IMG/VR virus record: IMGVR_UViG_3300037485_001022
Coordinates: 1-53,120 of that record
Length of the DNA stretch: 53,120 bases
Reading direction: 5' to 3' (one strand)
From: a virus
Lineage: Duplodnaviria; Caudoviricetes
Part shown: one piece after another, positions 47,191-53,120 of the stretch
Layout of the letters: each line of letters begins with the position of its first letter
Numbering within the stretch: position 1 is the stretch's first letter
Notes under the pieces: generated by a model
Seen by the model: the letters and a program-made list of their open reading frames with translations, nothing else
Told to the model about the DNA's origin: nothing
Databases searched by the model: none
Position numbers and translations under genes: made by a program

Positions 47191-48053
47191 TAGCCATAGG
47201 GGATGTTCACCTTTGCGAGAAACCACCTGTATGCCGTAAGGATAAAGACTTTATGGCAACACAGTTGGATAAACTGCGCCAAATTGTCACAGTTGCTAAA
47301 GAACGTGACGCTATCCTAGTTATTGCAGGTGACCTGTATGATGAGTGGGATATTGGGTTTAAGTTAATCCATGAAGTAAACGCTATCTTAGGTGGTCTGG
47401 ATATTTGGTTTGTTGCGGGAAACCATGACTTACCTTATCATTCTATGGATAGGTTTACCGCTAGTCCCCTAGTACTGACTGAGGGGAATTTACTTAATAC
47501 TCCTTGGGGCTTAAGCGTAAGAGGGTATAGTTACGGTGAAGTGATTGAACCCGCCACACATACCCTACTTGTTCAGCACCGGATGGTTTATCTAACCGAT
47601 CCTGTAAAGGGTTATGAGGCAAACACCTATGATGTAAAATGGCTATTCACACAACCGGAGTATAAGGATGTAAATGTAGTCATTACGGGGGATAACCATA
47701 AGGCATTTGAGTACTGGCGAGATGATAGTCATGTATGGATTAACACTGGCCCTATTGTACGTACAGCCGTAACTGAACGTGACTATGAACCTAGTTGCTG
47801 GTTTATTGATACAGATTTGCTGCTAGTGGCAAGAGTTAAACTAAAGGTAGATACGGAAGCAGTTGATCGTACAGAAATGTACATCAAGCAAACTAAAGAC
47901 GCATTTGTCTCTACCTTTGCTGAACAACTAAAACAACAGGTATCATTTCAGTTAGACTTTAAGAAAAGTGTAGATTTACTTTTAGTAGACAAACCTAAAG
48001 AGCTAGTAACAGCAGTAAACAAGGCAATAGAAGAAACAGAAGGGGCACTATGA
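47181..48053 (+). CDS. SbcD/Mre11 nuclease
   Basis: GDVH, AGDLY, GNHD, GDNH, NTG. Confidence 0.88.
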   Translation: MRIVAIGDVHLCEKPPVCRKDKDFMATQLDKLRQIVTVAKERDAILVIAGDLYDEWDIGFKLIHEVNAILGGLDIWFVAGNHDLPYHSMDRFTASPLVLTEGNLLNTPWGLSVRGYSYGEVIEPATHTLLVQHRMVYLTDPVKGYEANTYDVKWLFTQPEYKDVNVVITGDNHKAFEYWRDDSHVWINTGPIVRTAVTERDYEPSCWFIDTDLLLVARVKLKVDTEAVDRTEMYIKQTKDAFVSTFAEQLKQQVSFQLDFKKSVDLLLVDKPKELVTAVNKAIEETEGAL

Positions 48054-48678
48054 GTAAGAAACTCACACCATTAGCTACCGACTTATATACTGCTATGAAA
48101 GCAGGGGTTATATGTCATTATATGCCTTGGCGTGGCAGGTATCGCCCTAATGCTTACTATTTCCGAAACGATACTATGACCCATTGTACAAAGCAAGTAA
48201 CCAGTTTACTAACTAATGGTTTAGTTGAGATGTTTGATGTGCACGGTGACCACCATAAGATACGAGTTAAGGAGATAGCAACATGAGTAAGAAACCTGAA
48301 ATCAGTAATGTATCAGTTACCTTTGTAAAGGATGGCAACACACTAGGCACTACAGAAGAACTAGAAGCCATTACTGTAAACCTTGAGTTTCAGTTGCCGG
48401 GTGATGGCGGATTTACAGTTATTAAAACAGATGGGTGGTCTATGGATGACCCTAAAGAGTTGACTGAACTAGTCAACCGCACTAGAAAGATACTGAAATG
48501 ACAGATCAGGATATATGGGAAACTGCAATCAAACCCTATAAGCAGCGTATAGTTAAAGGTAAACTGACAATAACTGTACGTTCTCTACGTGAGATGATTT
48601 ACAGGGTGATTGATGCAGCAGCAACACAGGAAGTTCTAAATGAGGCAAAATACGCGGATGCTATGAGGAGTAATCGTT

Positions 48679-48927
48679 ATGACTGATATTGAGACATTTG
48701 AAGCACAGAAGAAGAAGGTAGCAGATATTAACCACAAGATTGCAGTACTACAAGGTTCACGGGAAGAGGTACTGCGGCAGTTAAAGACTATGGGGGTTGA
48801 ACCGTCCGAACTAGAAAGCGTGATTACTACGCTACGTACACAGATTACCACTATGGAAACTGAATTGAAAGGTAAGATTGCAGAACTAACTGTTTTGATT
48901 GACACTACTAATGCGGCACTTGCTTAA
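48679..48927 (+). CDS. small coiled-coil protein
   Basis: Heptad-like 82 aa; GAGGAG RBS. Confidence 0.7.
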   Translation: MTDIETFEAQKKKVADINHKIAVLQGSREEVLRQLKTMGVEPSELESVITTLRTQITTMETELKGKIAELTVLIDTTNAALA

Positions 48928-48976
48928 TCACACTGTTTATGCTACACTAACTTTATCTTTTGAAAGGATTATAACT

Positions 48977-49366
48977 ATGAAGAGTTTACTAATCAGTCTC
49001 ATCTTTGCTGCCACTATAGCCTCCGCTGATGTATTCCGCGTTAAGTTGACATCTAGTGCTAATGCCAATGGTGTTAATAACTACGCTACTGCTACACTAG
49101 GCGCACACAATCAGGGTATGCTGGCCTATATGACGCAGTACGATTGCACTACCAATGCGGTTATTGCTTCTACTAATGTCTACTATCATATTAGTGCTGA
49201 TAGTCGGGTTACTAACACCATTACCACAACGGTAACAGCCAACAACGCGGAAACAACCACCGTATTTAATCCTACCATCCCCTTTGCTGCAGGAGATACT
49301 CTTTATGCAATCGGAAACGCTACAAACTGCGCCTTCAAAGCAAGTTGCATTTTCCTCTCGCACTAA
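48977..49366 (+). CDS. secreted Thr/Asn-rich protein
   Basis: Signal peptide MKSLLISLIFAATIASA; AAAGGA..TAACTATG. Confidence 0.75.
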   Translation: MKSLLISLIFAATIASADVFRVKLTSSANANGVNNYATATLGAHNQGMLAYMTQYDCTTNAVIASTNVYYHISADSRVTNTITTTVTANNAETTTVFNPTIPFAAGDTLYAIGNATNCAFKASCIFLSH

Positions 49367-49470
49367 AGATATAGACAAAATCATAGAAGAAGTGATTGTG
49401 TACCTGCGGCGGCGTGATAGAACAGCCGCCGCTAATGTTTTACGCATATTCCGTGAGAATGGATTTTGTA

Positions 49471-50067
49471 ATGAGCGAGATCTGTGATAAGGCCCGTGTC
49501 CTTTTCCTGCACGCAAACCAAGTAGATAAGCAAGTGCAGGAACTAGAAAAGTCTATAGATGCTGCTGACCTTAATAGTATAACTGCAAAAGAAGCAGTAG
49601 TTATCCTGCAACAGGCAGCAGATGGGATGCAGAACCTGATTAAGGACTCATTAACTAGTCTGTGTTCTGCTGCATTAAAGGATGTATTCTATGATAAGAA
49701 CATATCCTTTGGTGTAACCTTTACCCCACAGAAAAACACTACTATCCTTGAGATGTATATTGAAGAGGATGGTATACGGTATGACCCACTGGAATCTAGG
49801 GGGCATGGATTGGCGGACTTAATCTGCTTTGCCTTACGTGTATCTATCCTTTGTCTACAGCCTACACTTCGCAAGGTTATTATCTTAGATGAACCCTTTA
49901 AGCAGATTTCAGAAGAATACCGTGAACGGGCTATTGCTTTCGTTAAGAAGGTAGCGGAGCAAACAGGTATTCAGATTATCTTAGTAACCCATATCACTGA
50001 ACTTGCCCGTAATGCGGATAAGGTGTTTAAAGTAACTAATGTAGACGGTAACTCAATTATAGGATAA
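49471..50067 (+). CDS. SbcC/Rad50 C-terminal half (signature, Walker B, H-loop)
   Basis: ESRGHG at signature position, IILDEP, LVTH. Confidence 0.85.
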   Translation: MSEICDKARVLFLHANQVDKQVQELEKSIDAADLNSITAKEAVVILQQAADGMQNLIKDSLTSLCSAALKDVFYDKNISFGVTFTPQKNTTILEMYIEEDGIRYDPLESRGHGLADLICFALRVSILCLQPTLRKVIILDEPFKQISEEYRERAIAFVKKVAEQTGIQIILVTHITELARNADKVFKVTNVDGNSIIG

Positions 50068-50071
50068 TTTT

Positions 50072-50641
50072 ATGGCGAAAGGCGCAGACTTTGAACGTGA
50101 TATTTCCAGAACCCTTTCACTATGGTGGAGTCATGGTGAACGGGATGATATTTTCTGGCGGACTTCCATGTCGGGAGGAAGGAGTACGGTACGGGCTAAG
50201 GCGGGAAAAGCAACGGCTTACCAATCGGGTGACATCACCGCTACCGACCCAATAGGAGCCCCCCTAATTAAAGCCACGGTGATAGAGCTAAAACGTGGGT
50301 ATAAGAAATATTGCGTACTAGATATGGTCGATTCCAAAAACCCCACTAAGACCGTTTTAGGGGGCTTCCTGACGCAGATTAGCGCGGAGTTAGAACAAGC
50401 CAAGATCAGCAACTTTCTACTTATCTGCAAACGAGATGGTAGGGAACCTTTCGTTATCTTACCATATCCGATAAAGGTACTTATTAATAAGAATAATATC
50501 CTGCCTATGCTATTCCCTAGTAATGAGATAACCTATGGGGGCATACTAATCATTAGTTTGCAAAACTTCCTAAAATGCGAACCAGAGAATTACTTAACCG
50601 CTGCACAGGAATATAACAATGCGTACACGAAAACTACCTAA
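50072..50641 (+). CDS. Hjc-like Holliday junction resolvase (PD-(D/E)xK)
   Basis: KGADFER, SGG, GDI, IELKR. Confidence 0.8.
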   Translation: MAKGADFERDISRTLSLWWSHGERDDIFWRTSMSGGRSTVRAKAGKATAYQSGDITATDPIGAPLIKATVIELKRGYKKYCVLDMVDSKNPTKTVLGGFLTQISAELEQAKISNFLLICKRDGREPFVILPYPIKVLINKNNILPMLFPSNEITYGGILIISLQNFLKCEPENYLTAAQEYNNAYTKTT

Positions 50642-50990
50642 TCCCGGAACTGATGCAGCTATCAAACAGGGGTGCACCTGCCCCATTATGGATAACAAGG
50701 ACTTACCTAAAAACATCTATATGGTAAGTAAAGATTGCCCTGTCCATTGCCCCAAGACTAAAAGGGTATTCGTAGTAAACGAGGAGTAATATGAGTGCTG
50801 TACGTGAAGAAATACTAGTTGAACTTAAAGCTATGGCGCGTAGATGGAAACGTGCCTGTGGTGGTGCCGGTGGTGCTTGTTGTCAGCAACAAGACATGAA
50901 TATACGTGCGGATGCGGCTAGACGAACTTGCGCTAAAGAACTAGAAGCATTTATACTGGCTAATAGTTAATATCTACTAACGTAAACAGA

Positions 50991-51025
50991 AAAGCCCCTT
51001 ACAGTACTTCACTGTAAGGGGCTTT
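50991..51025. terminator. bidirectional intrinsic terminator between convergent blocks
   Basis: AAAGCCCCTTACAGT-acttc-ACTGTAAGGGGCTTT with A-rich and T-rich flanks. Confidence 0.88.
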
Positions 51026-51048
51026 GTTATTGGTCAGCGTGTGAACTT

Positions 51049-51378
51049 TTAGGCTTCGGGTGCGACTTCAGTAACAGGATCGGTTGTAGTGAAACGGACA
51101 GTGAATGTTACGGATGCTGTTTGTGTAGTATCGCTTACGGTTGTAGTACGTGCAATAGTCATCTTAGCAGGTAGGTCAGTAGTTAGTGCCTTGTAATTGC
51201 CATAGATACCGTTTAGTAGTGCGTAGATGATTTTACGGCTATCACCAGTAGTGGGGGCAGCTTCTACGGATGTTAGGTCAGTAAAATCAGCAATAGTAAT
51301 TGTAGCAGTAGTACTATCGGCGGTATAGTGATCGCCTAATAGATGATTGTCTGAGGGGTTTAGGTCAAAAGCGGCCAT
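51049..51378 (-). CDS. Thr-rich hypothetical protein, possibly virion-associated
   Basis: 109-aa ORF; AGAGAG-ATAACCT-ATG start on - strand. Confidence 0.7.
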   Translation of the reverse strand: MAAFDLNPSDNHLLGDHYTADSTTATITIADFTDLTSVEAAPTTGDSRKIIYALLNGIYGNYKALTTDLPAKMTIARTTTVSDTTQTASVTFTVRFTTTDPVTEVAPEA

Positions 51379-51499
51379 AGGTTATCTCTCTTTCTGTTTT
51401 CTTCGTTTAAACTTAGGTAGTTGGAAGATAGAACTTTTCTCTTTTCGTTTCCATTGAAAATCTTTACTTCTACCTTCTTTACCTGACTTACCCATACTA

Positions 51500-51901
51500 T
51501 TACCGTGGAATCACTTGCTTAATCAGTGTGACACTGAATGAGTTAGTTGTGGTAGTACGGTCAGGGGCGATAATTAGTTTATCACCGTATACTAGTGCAG
51601 GATAATCGCTAAGGGATGTGTTGGTTTCAGCCCCGCCAACCATTACAATACTCTGTAGACGGAAAGGTGTAGTCCCGCCTGTTGGAAGGAATGAAAGTGT
51701 GTTTGTGCTGGTTTCCGTACCATTCCCAACGTCAACCGCGATACCAACAGGAATCCATACTTCCTGTGCACGATCAACAGTAATTGTGCTTACGCCTGCA
51801 CATTGTACTGTCTTAAATACATCTGGGCCAGTTACAAGATTTGCGGCCTGACTGACAAGTGCGCATAGCGCGATAGTTGCAACAAGTAGGAGTTTCTTCA
51901 T
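51500..51901 (-). CDS. secreted protein
   Basis: Signal peptide MKKLLLVATIALCALVSQA; AAAGGA RBS. Confidence 0.78.
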   Translation of the reverse strand: MKKLLLVATIALCALVSQAANLVTGPDVFKTVQCAGVSTITVDRAQEVWIPVGIAVDVGNGTETSTNTLSFLPTGGTTPFRLQSIVMVGGAETNTSLSDYPALVYGDKLIIAPDRTTTTNSFSVTLIKQVIPR

Positions 51902-51959
51902 AGTTTGATCCTTTCCGAATTTGTACCAATAACGACAACTTTTCTAGTTGATAAAAATA

Positions 51960-52472
51960 CTATACTACATTTTCAGGGTTATGTAAAGTACCATCTATTA
52001 TAACTAGGAACGGCCTATACTTCGCCTTATATGCCTCATCCTTCTTCCATAGTGCCCATCCTGCTGCCTGAACAGCCTTAGTAGTAGCGTTCCGCTTAAC
52101 CCAACAGGATTTACTAGCTTGTTGGACTTCTAGGAAGAACTCATTAGTAATACGTAACGGCCAAGCAGGGTCATTAATACAAAATAGTATGTCGTGGAAT
52201 AGTGCAGCAATCTGTATATCTAAGGCTAGTGGGTCACCAATTAGACTCCACGCCCATCTAGGTATACTAGCACCGTCAAAGTCAAAACCCTTCTTAACAG
52301 TCATGCGTCGTAGTACACCGTGAAATACACACTCTATTGTGTAGTCCTCACGTATCCACCAGCCCCTACTACCATCTGGGTACGCAAATGCCTTTATATC
52401 AGGCCAGATTAGTACGGGTGACCGTTCATTAGTAACAGGATCAATACACCAGAAGTCTACGTTATATTTCAT
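51960..52472 (-). CDS. DUF1353-family protein
   Basis: KGFDFDGASIPRWAW and AALFHD. Confidence 0.85.
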   Translation of the reverse strand: MKYNVDFWCIDPVTNERSPVLIWPDIKAFAYPDGSRGWWIREDYTIECVFHGVLRRMTVKKGFDFDGASIPRWAWSLIGDPLALDIQIAALFHDILFCINDPAWPLRITNEFFLEVQQASKSCWVKRNATTKAVQAAGWALWKKDEAYKAKYRPFLVIIDGTLHNPENVV

Positions 52473-52729
52473 AACACCAACCCCCCTGTTTTAGCTGCAC
52501 TTACCGCCGCCTTACCTACCTCTTGTAATGCCTTATTTCCCCCATCATTGCGGTATTCAATAGCACCATTAGTACTAATAGTAAGACTGATTTCTTGCCC
52601 TATTGATCGCCTAGTTACCTTAGTACTTTCAACTGTACGATCAGAATATGTAGTTACCGTCTTTTCGTAGGATATGGTCGTACAACCACTAATCAACAAG
52701 GCAATTACCCCTATAACTATAGTTTTCAT
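52469..52729 (-). CDS. lipoprotein (possible lysis/spanin-associated)
   Basis: Lipobox LISGC after hydrophobic signal. Confidence 0.75.
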   Translation of the reverse strand: MKTIVIGVIALLISGCTTISYEKTVTTYSDRTVESTKVTRRSIGQEISLTISTNGAIEYRNDGGNKALQEVGKAAVSAAKTGGLVL

Positions 52730-53097
52730 TTGCTTACCTCTACATGATGTCTATTATCTAGTTCTCGTTCACGTTCCCATAACCGTTCTTTTTCTTTTTC
52801 CCGTTCCCATCGTTCCCTACTTTCATGGCAAGTTTGCATGGCTAATACCGCTGTTTCAACCAGTGTAGTGAATTTACCATCCCGTACTTTTACTAAATAT
52901 ATATTGAGTCCCATAGATGCCATAAGGCCAAATGCCAGTACACCTACTATACTCATCTTTTCTACCTGTTGTGATGCTGATAATGCTTCATCAGTTAAAC
53001 CCGCATACGCAAGCGTAACAGCAAACATTACTGTGCATATCATTGTAGTAAGCGTAAGTCTACGTAAATCTTTAAATTGCATTTTCTTTGGAGACAT
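52726..53097 (-). CDS. two-TM membrane protein with charged tail (holin-like)
   Basis: Two hydrophobic segments and a highly charged C-terminus; next to lipoprotein and DUF1353. Confidence 0.5.
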   Translation of the reverse strand: MSPKKMQFKDLRRLTLTTMICTVMFAVTLAYAGLTDEALSASQQVEKMSIVGVLAFGLMASMGLNIYLVKVRDGKFTTLVETAVLAMQTCHESRERWEREKEKERLWERERELDNRHHVEVSK

Positions 53098-53120
53098 TAT
53101 TTCACTCCCTCTTTATTGAC

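Noticed and set aside
4214-50430. Numerous - strand ORFs nested opposite + strand genes
   Set aside because: Antisense shadows of codon-biased genes with no motifs
1-53120. Stop-codon reassignment
   Set aside because: Long conserved genes are intact in the standard code, all three stops end genes, and no suppressor tRNA was seen

Overview
A 53-kb segment of a dsDNA tailed-phage genome, read with the standard code. Genes from 1 to about 50,970 are densely packed on the + strand and meet a convergent - strand block at a bidirectional terminator (50,991-51,025). The left ~16 kb is an early/accessory region of small proteins, three paralogue families, a pentapeptide-repeat protein, a DUF3150-like + MoxR AAA+ + metallopeptidase-VWA module, a lysozyme-like protein, a sigma-like factor and a DNA ligase. 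The rest is a replication, recombination and modification region: SNF2 helicase, primase, DnaB-like helicase, beta clamp, clamp loader, PolA with a UDG-like N-terminus, gp32-like SSB, RecA, split SbcC with SbcD, Holliday junction resolvase, three DNA methyltransferases, a deaminase, a kinase and a radical SAM enzyme. It also encodes RtcB, an Rnl2-type RNA ligase, one clear tRNA (Ile2-type, CAT) and one atypical tRNA-like gene (TAT). The least explained signals are several GC-rich, highly base-paired intergenic RNA candidates (21.6-21.8, 29.4-29.7, 30.3-30.4, 41.3 kb), a perfect hairpin after ssb whose loop carries the 16S anti-Shine-Dalgarno sequence, a DNA-ligase paralogue lacking its catalytic lysine, and an FETNSSS-protein/radical SAM pair. 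All calls come from motifs and pairings read by eye; no searches or folding programs were run.
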